27,164 nucleotides of DNA, from positions 1-27,164 of the IMG/VR virus record IMGVR_UViG_3300028373_000019. One strand, written 5' to 3'. The stretch's first letter is position 1, and each line of letters starts with the position of its first letter. Position numbers and translations under genes: made by a program. Below are positions 9,217-15,757 of the stretch, piece by piece. The notes under the pieces were generated by a model that had not been told where the DNA came from, made no database searches, and saw only the letters and a program-made list of their open reading frames with translations. Origin of the DNA: a virus. Taxonomy: Duplodnaviria > Caudoviricetes.

Positions 9217-9342
9217 TTGTCCCCCATAGACGAATCGAACGTCTGCGGTGTAGTGAGTCGGTGTATTGATATGAGTCAATACAGATAGACAGAAAAGATA
9301 AATAAGAAATATCTCACTACTAGGTGCTTACCATAAGGGGGA
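9217..9342 (-). ncRNA. tRNA-like RNA carrying antisense segments in place of the anticodon arm
   Basis: Acceptor-like stem CCCCCTT/ATGGGGG followed by A-CAA. Perfect T arm AGACG-TTCGATT-CGTCT. Stemless D-like region ATGGTAAGCACCTA. An 8-bp helix GTAGTGAG/CTCACTAC encloses a 30-nt loop and a 7-bp hairpin. TATAAT at 9365..9360 upstream. Confidence 0.8.
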
Positions 9343-9390
9343 TGGAGAGCTAACCTCCTATTATAGGTATTTCGCCTTCTAGCTCTTCTA

Positions 9391-9705
9391 TTATACCTTA
9401 TTGGGTGGGGTTTTGTCTAGGGTTTTCTTATCGTAAAGGGGCTTTACTACTTTCGCTATGATGTCGGTGAGGATTTCTTCAGGAGTTTTCCTAACTATAT
9501 ATTCATGGTCGTGCATAACTTTCTTCGTTATCTCCATCCCCTCTATCCCCTCCACTAGGCTTGTGTATGCCTGGTTGCGGTCATCGATGATTAGCTTTTG
9601 AACATCCTCTACTTTGTAATTGTCGTAGTTAATTATGTCGTTTGGTAAATCTTTAAACATACTCCAGCCTTTGGTTAGTTCGTCTACTGATGTTAGTTTT
9701 TTCAT
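9391..9705 (-). CDS. Hypothetical protein
   Basis: 104 aa. TATAGT lies 8 nt before the ATG. Confidence 0.65.
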   Translation of the reverse strand: MKKLTSVDELTKGWSMFKDLPNDIINYDNYKVEDVQKLIIDDRNQAYTSLVEGIEGMEITKKVMHDHEYIVRKTPEEILTDIIAKVVKPLYDKKTLDKTPPNKV

Positions 9706-9747
9706 ATCCTCTCACTATACACCTCTGGGGTTTTATTGGTAGTTAGG

Positions 9748-10272
9748 TTATCCCCGTTTTAAATCTTCCAGTATCTTACTAAGTCGCTCGTAGTTCTCTA
9801 TGTAAAAGTGTACGTCTGCTTTTACCATGATTGGCTTTTTTGCTTTTAAAGGTAGCCACCATTCCATGCCTTTCTGTTCTACTATTACCGATGACCAGTA
9901 TGTCTCATGGCTGTGTAGCATCATGTGACAAGGGGTGCAGAGAGGGATTAGGTTGTCTATGTCGTAGCGTAAGTTTGTACACTGTGACTTTAAAACGTGG
10001 TGGTGCGCCACTTGTGTAACACTTTGACAGTTTTCCGCTGCTCCTAGAAAACAATAGGGGTGCATTGCCTTGATTATCGGGGTCAGGAACTTGTCACACT
10101 TATTACGCATTGTCTTGACCGTAGGGAGCTTGGTGCGGACAACCTTTGACTTACTAGCTTTCTTGGCTTTAATGGGCTTAGAATCGATTGTAGCCGCTCT
10201 CAGGGCACGTTTAGCTGCTTGTTTAGCTTTCACTTCCTCTATGCTTTTTTGCTTAAATCCTGACCTTACCAT
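9748..10272 (-). CDS. NinG/Rap-like HNH nuclease
   Basis: Basic N-terminus, then C..C, AHHH, LRYDIDNLIPLCTPCH. Confidence 0.75.
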   Translation of the reverse strand: MVRSGFKQKSIEEVKAKQAAKRALRAATIDSKPIKAKKASKSKVVRTKLPTVKTMRNKCDKFLTPIIKAMHPYCFLGAAENCQSVTQVAHHHVLKSQCTNLRYDIDNLIPLCTPCHMMLHSHETYWSSVIVEQKGMEWWLPLKAKKPIMVKADVHFYIENYERLSKILEDLKRG

Positions 10273-10286
10273 ATGGCTTTAGTATA

Positions 10287-10613
10287 TCACTTCGTCTTGT
10301 GCCATTCGTAGGCAATGATGTTCCAGACGGCTTGCATGGCGTGGTCCTCGTCGCGTTCTCCGTTTCGCCATTGTTCAAAGTGTCTGTAACCAGAACCGAT
10401 GAAGCGTTGGTATTCTTCTTCTGTTTCGGCTTTCTGCCAGTTGTTGTCTCCGTATTTAAATGATCCCCTGGTGTATACCTCAGCTAGTCTTTTAAGGATG
10501 TTGGGCGGGATTAGATCGTAGCGGGGTTTGTTCTCAGCTACGTCACGGTTAAAGCCTGACTTGAATGTCACTCGCTTGCCACTGTCTTTGGTGATGAACT
10601 GTTCTTTTTTCAT
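10287..10613 (-). CDS. dATP/dGTP diphosphohydrolase domain protein (DUF5664-like)
   Basis: KPRYDLIPP..LKRLAEVYTRGSFKYGDNNWQK, RH..QW..GE..EDH...AVWN. Confidence 0.8.
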   Translation of the reverse strand: MKKEQFITKDSGKRVTFKSGFNRDVAENKPRYDLIPPNILKRLAEVYTRGSFKYGDNNWQKAETEEEYQRFIGSGYRHFEQWRNGERDEDHAMQAVWNIIAYEWHKTK

Positions 10614-10927
10614 TTATTTTTTGCAGCTAACTCTTTTCGTCTTTGCTTTAGTAGGTCTTTGAGCCAGTCTTCTGCAATGTCGTATTTCTTAGGGTTGTTT
10701 TCCCATTTATACCCATTTTCTGTTTTACAAGATACATCTAGTTTGTAGCCAAAGCTGCTGACAAACTCTTGAAGTATCTTTAGCTCACACTCGAAGTCAT
10801 TAAATATTCCGTCATCCTTCAGTGGTGTGGTAAGCGACAGGTCGGCTTCTATTCGGTGTTCCAGGGCGTAGGCTAGGTCAAACATCTCACTGCTTGTTAG
10901 CTCTACGGTGTATTTTGTGATTTCCAT
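10610..10927 (-). CDS. Hypothetical protein
   Basis: 105 aa, ATGA-coupled to the next gene. Confidence 0.65.
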   Translation of the reverse strand: MEITKYTVELTSSEMFDLAYALEHRIEADLSLTTPLKDDGIFNDFECELKILQEFVSSFGYKLDVSCKTENGYKWENNPKKYDIAEDWLKDLLKQRRKELAAKNK

Positions 10928-10928
10928 A

Positions 10929-11276
10929 CTAATCTAATTCTGATTTTACTCTATCAATAAACTTTTCCATCTTTTCTCGATAGACAACCTCAAAGTCTCC
11001 CTTGCTTCCGTTTTGTTGCCACCAGACAAAGATAGTAGCTCGTAGTCTTTGGGCTGGTGTCTTTTGGTTTTCTTCGGCCTGTTCTTTGGGTAAGTCTTCG
11101 GTTTGTATTTGATTAGGTGACCAGGGCAGCCAGCCAAGCTCGTCTTTTCGACCAGCATTCAGTAAGTAAATGGTTTTGTCATCAGCTATCTCTGTTCCAC
11201 TAGTAAAAGAAAGCGTACAAGAACCATCTTTATTAAAGCGGGGGTTTCTCATGTGTGCTGATAGTTGAATTTTCAT
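10929..11276 (-). CDS. Conserved-looking phage hypothetical protein
   Basis: 115 aa with KTPAQRLR..IFVWWQQ...DFE..Y..KMEKFI, a motif I recognise from uncharacterised phage proteins. Confidence 0.65.
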   Translation of the reverse strand: MKIQLSAHMRNPRFNKDGSCTLSFTSGTEIADDKTIYLLNAGRKDELGWLPWSPNQIQTEDLPKEQAEENQKTPAQRLRATIFVWWQQNGSKGDFEVVYREKMEKFIDRVKSELD

Positions 11277-11416
11277 ACGCTATTCTTATCTATTAAGGTG
11301 ATGATGCACTCTTTGAAAACTACGTGTATCTACTTCCCAAGCGTTCCTTCAAGGGTGTCGAGCTGTGTCTGCCATAGTCTTCAAGGAACACACCATATAT
11401 ACATTAAGGACTAATT

Positions 11417-11521
11417 CGAGGGTTTGAGGCGAGCAAGTACCTACTTAGTTTCGTATCTAAGGATGCAGTATCAATATGAGTAACCCCTGAGGCCGCGGAC
11501 GAACCGCCACTCAAACCCTCG
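11417..11521 (-). ncRNA. Structured RNA domain 3 of the 11.3-11.8 kb cluster
   Basis: Perfect 12-bp closing stem CGAGGGTTTGAG/CTCAAACCCTCG around three hairpins (GCGG-TTCGT-CCGC; GTTA-CTCATAT-TGAT; CTTAG-ATACGAAA-CTAAG). Confidence 0.7.
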
Positions 11522-11545
11522 CTTTAATCTTCAATGTACTGTGAT

Positions 11546-11659
11546 GATGGGCTAAATGGACGGTATCACTTTTCCGGGAGCTACCCATCGATTGGCAGAT
11601 TGTATACATCTGTGTGACACCACTGGGTCGAAACCCTACCGTCCGTTTAACCAACCATC
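11546..11659 (-). ncRNA. Structured RNA domain 2 of the cluster
   Basis: Long imperfect closing stem GATGG..GGTTAAACGGACGGTA / TACCGTCCATTTAGCCCATC. Internal hairpins GGGT-TTCG-ACCC and CAGAT-GTATACA-ATCTG. Confidence 0.65.
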
Positions 11660-11667
11660 TTGTGTAC

Positions 11668-11782
11668 GGGGCAGGTGGCGGGTGCTGTGTGTTGCGGTAT
11701 TTTCTCACTTCGCTATAGCGAGAGGTGCGGAGGATTATAAGCCCTCATTCCTACGCCAACACTAGCCTCCCCCATCTACCCC
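11668..11782 (-). ncRNA. Structured RNA domain 1 of the cluster
   Basis: Closing stem GGGGTAGATGG/CCACCTGCCCC, inner GTGTTG/CAACAC, hairpins GAGGG-CTTATAA-TCCTC and TCGC-TATA-GCGA. Begins about 10 nt after TGG-TAGTAT (11801..11793). Confidence 0.6.
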
Positions 11783-11836
11783 CAACACTTCCATACTACC
11801 ACTACCCCCCTCTATTACAATGGGAGTTGTCCACAG

Positions 11837-11986
11837 TTAGAGTTTAACAAAGTCTTCTGCATCTATTAAGGCTTGGATCACTTCGTTGCTGCTACCGTAC
11901 TTCTTGAGAATGTACTCGTGTTCTTTGCCAGACTCTAATAGGCGACAGAACTTTTCTACTAGATAGTTTTCTTCTGGGTGTGGCAT
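11837..11986 (-). CDS. Hypothetical protein (49 aa)
   Basis: MPHPEENYLVEKFCRLLESGKEHEYILKKYGSSNEVIQALIDAEDFVKL. TGC-TACACT lies 8 nt before the ATG. Confidence 0.65.
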   Translation of the reverse strand: MPHPEENYLVEKFCRLLESGKEHEYILKKYGSSNEVIQALIDAEDFVKL

Positions 11987-12029
11987 TTACGAATAGTGTA
12001 GCACGCCGTAAACAAGATATTTCTACTTA

Positions 12030-12185
12030 TCAACAGGGTCTGTCTCTTAACTCCTGGTAGTAACTTCTCTTTGGTGATGCTTTGCCGTAGTCGTCGTAGA
12101 TTACTTCTTTTTCTTTTTGTATTTGTTTAACTTCGGCAGCTACTTGTTCGGGGGTTACGTTAAATTCTTTGTAGTACGATTCCAT
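12030..12185 (-). CDS. Hypothetical protein (51 aa)
   Basis: MESYYKEFNVTPEQVAAEVKQIQKEKEVIYDDYGKASPKRSYYQELRDRPC. TATAGT lies 6 nt before the ATG. Confidence 0.6.
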   Translation of the reverse strand: MESYYKEFNVTPEQVAAEVKQIQKEKEVIYDDYGKASPKRSYYQELRDRPC

Positions 12186-12236
12186 TCATCCACTATACCC
12201 AATCTTTTCTTTTTTACTAGTCTCTTCTGTTGATAA

Positions 12237-12692
12237 CTAAATCCAGCTAAGGTCGTCAATGTTAGACTCCAGCATTTGTAAGTGTGTCTGCCTAGCTTCT
12301 TTCAAATAGGTGTCGGTATCCTTGGTCATGTTTGTTTTTAGTTGGTAGGTTTGGTGGAACATGTGGTGATGGAATTGGCACAAAGCAACTAGCGCATCGT
12401 TTGGTTCATCTCCGTACTTCACGTCATATCTTTTATGATGCAAAGTAGTTCCTTCTTTCTTACTACAAATAAAGCACCTTTTCTCGTTTTTATTCCAATA
12501 CAGCAGCTTTCTTTTCTTCCAATAAGCTGAACCCATATATTGCTTATAAGTCATGTTAGGAATCTTTCTCTTGTTCCTTGTCTTCTTTCCCCTCCTGGTT
12601 TTCTTTGCTTTTAGTAGTCTGTTGGCAGATGCCTCAAGGCCTCGTCTGTTCTTTGCTCTCTTTACTACTTCTGTGTCGTCTAGTAATCCCAT
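12237..12692 (-). CDS. HNH endonuclease
   Basis: YKQYMGSAYWKKRK...RCFICS...LHHKRY...GDE..DALVALCQFHH..FH. Confidence 0.85.
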   Translation of the reverse strand: MGLLDDTEVVKRAKNRRGLEASANRLLKAKKTRRGKKTRNKRKIPNMTYKQYMGSAYWKKRKLLYWNKNEKRCFICSKKEGTTLHHKRYDVKYGDEPNDALVALCQFHHHMFHQTYQLKTNMTKDTDTYLKEARQTHLQMLESNIDDLSWI

Positions 12693-12932
12693 GTCTTTGT
12701 TAATGAGTTATAGCACTTCCCTGTCCCTCTGTAGAAAGTAGGGATTTAGAGAAAACAAAAAATGCTTTTTCTTTTAATATAAGCCTGCACAGCAAATGAG
12801 TTCTCAGCGTGCGTGGTCTGTATTTCGATTGTCTACACCGTGTCATGTCTCCGCTAATTGAGCACAGCCAACCCTATTGCTCCCCTACGTTCTTTTAAGT
12901 GCCGTAAGAGATTTAACCCTCTACACTATTAC

Positions 12933-12960
12933 AAAAAACACACGCCGTTAAACGTGTGTC
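12933..12960 (-). terminator. Intrinsic terminator
   Basis: GACACACG-TTTAACGG-CGTGTGTT followed by TTTTG on the minus strand. Confidence 0.7.
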
Positions 12961-13061
12961 TTGTTTTGAATACTATCAACGCCAGCCCAAAGTGCGATGA
13001 ACCCACAAGTATGGGCTGAGCTGACTGTGACAATATTCAATTGGTTTACTTGTTTTTTCAT
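12948..13061 (-). CDS. Putative leader peptide (37 aa) inside an attenuator-like structure
   Basis: MKKQVNQLNIVTVSSAHTCGFIALWAGVDSIQNKTHV. ATG is 9 nt after TGG-TACAAT, and the stop falls in the terminator loop. Confidence 0.45.
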   Translation of the reverse strand: MKKQVNQLNIVTVSSAHTCGFIALWAGVDSIQNKTHV

Positions 13062-13100
13062 CGCACGTATATTGTACCACGTACCGCAGTGGAGGGGTAG

Positions 13101-13388
13101 TTAGTTATCCCCAACTTTGTTTCTCCGCTTCCTATTCGCCCACCACGCAATCTTAGGCTCACAGTTACCACTATGCTTTGTAGCTTTCTGGTATGCGCTG
13201 GTGATTTCCTCTAGTGTCCAGCCCTCTTTCTCAAATATTTTATGCAGCTGAAAGAATGGACGGCCCAGCAGCTTCGCTGTAATGGCTACCTGTTCCCCGT
13301 ACTGCTCACTAGCTGAACCTGTAACTGTAAAGTTAAACCTACTAAGGTCTGGCTTCTTGAACGTCATTGGCGATGTATATTCTTGCAT
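13101..13388 (-). CDS. Hypothetical protein (95 aa), faintly DnaD/DnaB_2-like C-terminus
   Basis: Start moved to ATG 13388, 6 nt after TATAAT. The WTLEEITSAYQKA...W segment only loosely recalls DnaD domains. Confidence 0.55.
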   Translation of the reverse strand: MQEYTSPMTFKKPDLSRFNFTVTGSASEQYGEQVAITAKLLGRPFFQLHKIFEKEGWTLEEITSAYQKATKHSGNCEPKIAWWANRKRRNKVGDN

Positions 13389-13441
13389 AAGTACATTATA
13401 CCGGTGCAAGGGTGTGACTCTTTCTCCACCTGTGGACAAAC

Positions 13442-13461
13442 AAAAAACCGCACTAGGCGGT
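13442..13461 (-). terminator. Intrinsic terminator after the ERF/SSB operon
   Basis: GACCGC-CTAGT-GCGGTT-TTTTG on the minus strand. Confidence 0.7.
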
Positions 13462-13478
13462 CATTGCTGAATAGGGGG

Positions 13479-13874
13479 TTACTTCTTCTTTGATCGGCCT
13501 TTCTTTTTAGGTGGGGTGGGTGTTTGGTCACATCCACTTCCTTCACTCACCACCCAATCCGTCCAGCTAGGTACATTGCCAGAGTTTACAGTTAAATAGT
13601 TTGTCCTCTCCACTAACTTAGCTGGTTCCTTTGTCTCTGTCTCAGGGACGTACTTTAGCTTTAAGTGGTCTAGGATAAGCTCTTGTCTTTTTCTAGTTTC
13701 GTCCATCTCCTCACGGAACTGCTCGTAGCCGACGAGTCCCCTCCATTCATCTCCATCTTTGTACGCTAGGAAGCGGCTAGTGATAGCCCCAGTAAAACGG
13801 TTGAAGGCTTGTCGCTTTGATAGTGTGATGGGTAGTCCGTCTACCTCTACTACTTCTTTTTTATTCCAAAACAT
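13479..13874 (-). CDS. Hypothetical protein
   Basis: 131 aa, starts 1 nt after the upstream stop, basic tail. Confidence 0.65.
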   Translation of the reverse strand: MFWNKKEVVEVDGLPITLSKRQAFNRFTGAITSRFLAYKDGDEWRGLVGYEQFREEMDETRKRQELILDHLKLKYVPETETKEPAKLVERTNYLTVNSGNVPSWTDWVVSEGSGCDQTPTPPKKKGRSKKK

Positions 13875-13875
13875 A

Positions 13876-14211
13876 TTACCAAGGTACTTCTGACTCTGCT
13901 ATTGCTGGAGCGTCCTGACTATCCTGTGGGTTAGTCCCGGCCTGTGGTGCCGCTTGTGGAGCCTGTGAGGGTGGTTGTGCGGTGTCTTGTGTTGGCGGCT
14001 TCCAGTCGTTTAGTTGGAGGTATAGCTTTCCACCCTGGCTGTTCTTTAGGTCAAGGTTTACCCATCCACCGCTGTTGTGCTTTTGTAGGAAGGCAATAGC
14101 TTCGTCTACTTTAATACTTAGTGCGCCCTTTACAAAGTCTGGTGCTCCTTCGTTTGGTCGCTTGAATAAAAATCCATCTGCGAATACTGGGTCTGGTTTG
14201 TTGTTGTCCAT
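13876..14211 (-). CDS. Putative single-stranded DNA-binding protein
   Basis: Compact beta domain, Q/P/A linker and acidic-aromatic end (ESEVPW). Follows the ERF gene. Likely start is ATG 14211. Confidence 0.65.
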   Translation of the reverse strand: MDNNKPDPVFADGFLFKRPNEGAPDFVKGALSIKVDEAIAFLQKHNSGGWVNLDLKNSQGGKLYLQLNDWKPPTQDTAQPPSQAPQAAPQAGTNPQDSQDAPAIAESEVPW

Positions 14212-14212
14212 A

Positions 14213-14653
14213 TTAGATTGTATATTCTTCATTAGTAGATGCTGATTTTACCGACTTTGCGTTGTCGTGGCTCTGGTGTCCGTCTGGGTCGAGATTGTTG
14301 TCTTTTATCTGAAAGACTTTCATCTTGATATATCGCTCCGAGTACGTGTCTGTACTACCCATGTTCTGTGATTCGTTTGTATTCTTTAGGTCGCCTTTAG
14401 CTGTAGCTAGAGTAAAATAGATACTCCCTGCCACATCCTGTAGGTCTACAAGCTGCATTGTTTGTTTAAGTCCGTATTCATCCCTTTCAAGATTGCAAAT
14501 AGGTAGTAGTTTAACTTCACTACAAGCCTTTGCGACTAGTGACTCCACTTCCTCGGGTGTAAAGTATTTAAACATTCCACCTGATGCAGTTTTCTTTAAG
14601 GGGGTGTTTCTAATAAGTTCTCGTGCCTTGTCTAACTTTTCGTAGATGTTCAT
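14213..14653 (-). CDS. ERF-family single-strand annealing protein
   Basis: MNIYEKL..AR, FKYF, QNMGSTDTYSERY...VFQI.D..LDPD, matching the ERF G(S/A)xxTYxxRY motif. Confidence 0.8.
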   Translation of the reverse strand: MNIYEKLDKARELIRNTPLKKTASGGMFKYFTPEEVESLVAKACSEVKLLPICNLERDEYGLKQTMQLVDLQDVAGSIYFTLATAKGDLKNTNESQNMGSTDTYSERYIKMKVFQIKDNNLDPDGHQSHDNAKSVKSASTNEEYTI

Positions 14654-14656
14654 AAT

Positions 14657-14791
14657 TTATAGTTTACCTTTTAACTGCCGTTGCTTCTGCTCCCACTCTC
14701 TGATAGGCATGTCTTTTAGTATCTCATCAAAGGCTTTGCCGATTTGGGTGCGTTGCCCGATGATGGGCTTGTCTATCTCTAGGGGTTTCAT
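14657..14791 (-). CDS. Hypothetical protein (44 aa)
   Basis: MKPLEIDKPIIGQRTQIGKAFDEILKDMPIREWEQKQRQLKGKL. Fills the gap between its neighbours. Confidence 0.55.
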   Translation of the reverse strand: MKPLEIDKPIIGQRTQIGKAFDEILKDMPIREWEQKQRQLKGKL

Positions 14792-14792
14792 A

Positions 14793-14987
14793 CTACTTAG
14801 TTAGATTAGTAACCTCTCGTAAAATAGTGTTCTTGATGTGTCGTCCCCAGCCCTCGGCGTAGATGAGTAGACCCTCTACACCTTGCCTTTCTAGCCAAAC
14901 TTCAAAGAAGTCGGGCATGTCATCGTCTAGGATTTCAGGATACAGTTCAAAACATCGGTCTTCTAGGTACTGTTCAAATGATTTCAT
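14793..14987 (-). CDS. Hypothetical acidic protein
   Basis: 64 aa, tightly packed in the operon. Confidence 0.65.
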   Translation of the reverse strand: MKSFEQYLEDRCFELYPEILDDDMPDFFEVWLERQGVEGLLIYAEGWGRHIKNTILREVTNLTK

Positions 14988-14988
14988 A

Positions 14989-15177
14989 TTAGTTGTATCG
15001 TTCGTTAAATTGCTTGGACTTATAATCTAGCTCTTGGAAGTTCTGTACCTCGTACGGTATGTCTGTCACTGGTAGGCCTCCTGGTTGATAATTGTTTTTA
15101 CCTTTTATGCTGTCTCTTGTGTCTCGACTACGTTGCCTCAACTCTTCTTGGGTTAATGGTTTAGTAGACATGTCCAT
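14989..15177 (-). CDS. Hypothetical protein
   Basis: 62 aa. Start may be 15171. Confidence 0.55.
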   Translation of the reverse strand: MDMSTKPLTQEELRQRSRDTRDSIKGKNNYQPGGLPVTDIPYEVQNFQELDYKSKQFNERYN

Positions 15178-15259
15178 CTGAGATTAGGGTTACGTTGATA
15201 AATGTTTCTTGACTGGTCTCTACGTTTTCTTGGTTGATTTGGTCTGGTGATTTATTCAT
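15161..15259 (-). CDS. First ORF of the leftward early operon (32 aa)
   Basis: MNKSPDQINQENVETSQETFINVTLISDGHVY. First ATG after the leftward promoter, preceded by an A-rich leader. Confidence 0.5.
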   Translation of the reverse strand: MNKSPDQINQENVETSQETFINVTLISDGHVY

Positions 15260-15290
15260 ATATATTTCTTATTTATCTGCTTCACTTGTA

Positions 15291-15408
15291 AAGATAGCAT
15301 ATGCAGCGGTACCGTCAAGCAAAGTTATACACAGGGTATATAGCCATATATACATAGCTAAAGTTATCCCCACTTGATACTGGACAGGTACCGCTATTGT
15401 GCTACTAT
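15291..15408. promoter_or_regulatory. Divergent early promoter pair with a shared operator-like motif
   Basis: Leftward TTGACG-16-TATCTT (15318..15291), rightward TGGACA-16-TACTAT (15381..15408). Both have TGn extensions, both contain GGTACCGCT at the -35/spacer, and each has a DnaA-like box upstream. Confidence 0.75.
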
Positions 15409-15434
15409 CAGGGAGTACCAGCTAAGATAGACAT

Positions 15435-15596
15435 ATGGACGACGAGTTAAAAGCCCGCACCACAAGATTACGCCCAGACCAAGTAGACGCTTTAGAAGTA
15501 GCCAGGGCAGTCGACGGAATAGACGACGCAAAGTATATCCGTCAGTTGCTCGATGAACATTTACCAAAAAGAATGAGACGACTAAAAATAAAATAA
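15435..15596 (+). CDS. Ribbon-helix-helix (CopG/Arc-like) transcriptional regulator (53 aa)
   Basis: Not in the ORF track: MDDELKARTTRLRPDQVDALEVARAVDGIDDAKYIRQLLDEHLPKRMRRLKIK. Strand-helix-G-helix pattern with a YIR..L motif. First gene of the rightward operon. Confidence 0.7.
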   Translation: MDDELKARTTRLRPDQVDALEVARAVDGIDDAKYIRQLLDEHLPKRMRRLKIK

Positions 15597-15597
15597 A

Positions 15598-15756
15598 ATG
15601 ACCACAACCCTACGAGTACAACCTGACTATAAGACCTACAAGTTAGCCATCAAGAACAAAGCTACTGGTCAAACAAAGTCCTACACCCGTACCCTTAAAA
15701 ACGGTAATGTGATTCTTACTTGGAACACAATGCTTAAAGCTGCAAAGCATATCTAG
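15598..15756 (+). CDS. Hypothetical basic protein (52 aa)
   Basis: MTTTLRVQPDYKTYKLAIKNKATGQTKSYTRTLKNGNVILTWNTMLKAAKHI. 1-nt gaps to both neighbours. Confidence 0.6.
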   Translation: MTTTLRVQPDYKTYKLAIKNKATGQTKSYTRTLKNGNVILTWNTMLKAAKHI

Positions 15757-15757
15757 T

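Noticed and set aside
9217-9342. Canonical tRNA, intron-containing tRNA or tmRNA
   Set aside because: No D stem, no 7-nt anticodon loop on the main helix and no encoded CCA. It lacks the G3-U70 alanine identity and a tag ORF, and is too short for tmRNA. The insert is explained by antisense matches.
10287-10613. 2-aminoadenine (Z) or other modified-base pathway
   Set aside because: The hydrolase domain alone is insufficient. No PurZ, polymerase or deazaguanine genes are present in the window.
11511-11765. ORFs 11511..11708 and 11556..11765
   Set aside because: They overlap dense RNA helices on opposite strands, with weak starts and no protein-like features.
12237-12925. IscB/HEARO-type RNA-guided nuclease
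   Set aside because: The HNH protein is only 151 aa with no RuvC or PLMP motifs, and the upstream structure cannot be tied to omega RNA from sequence alone.
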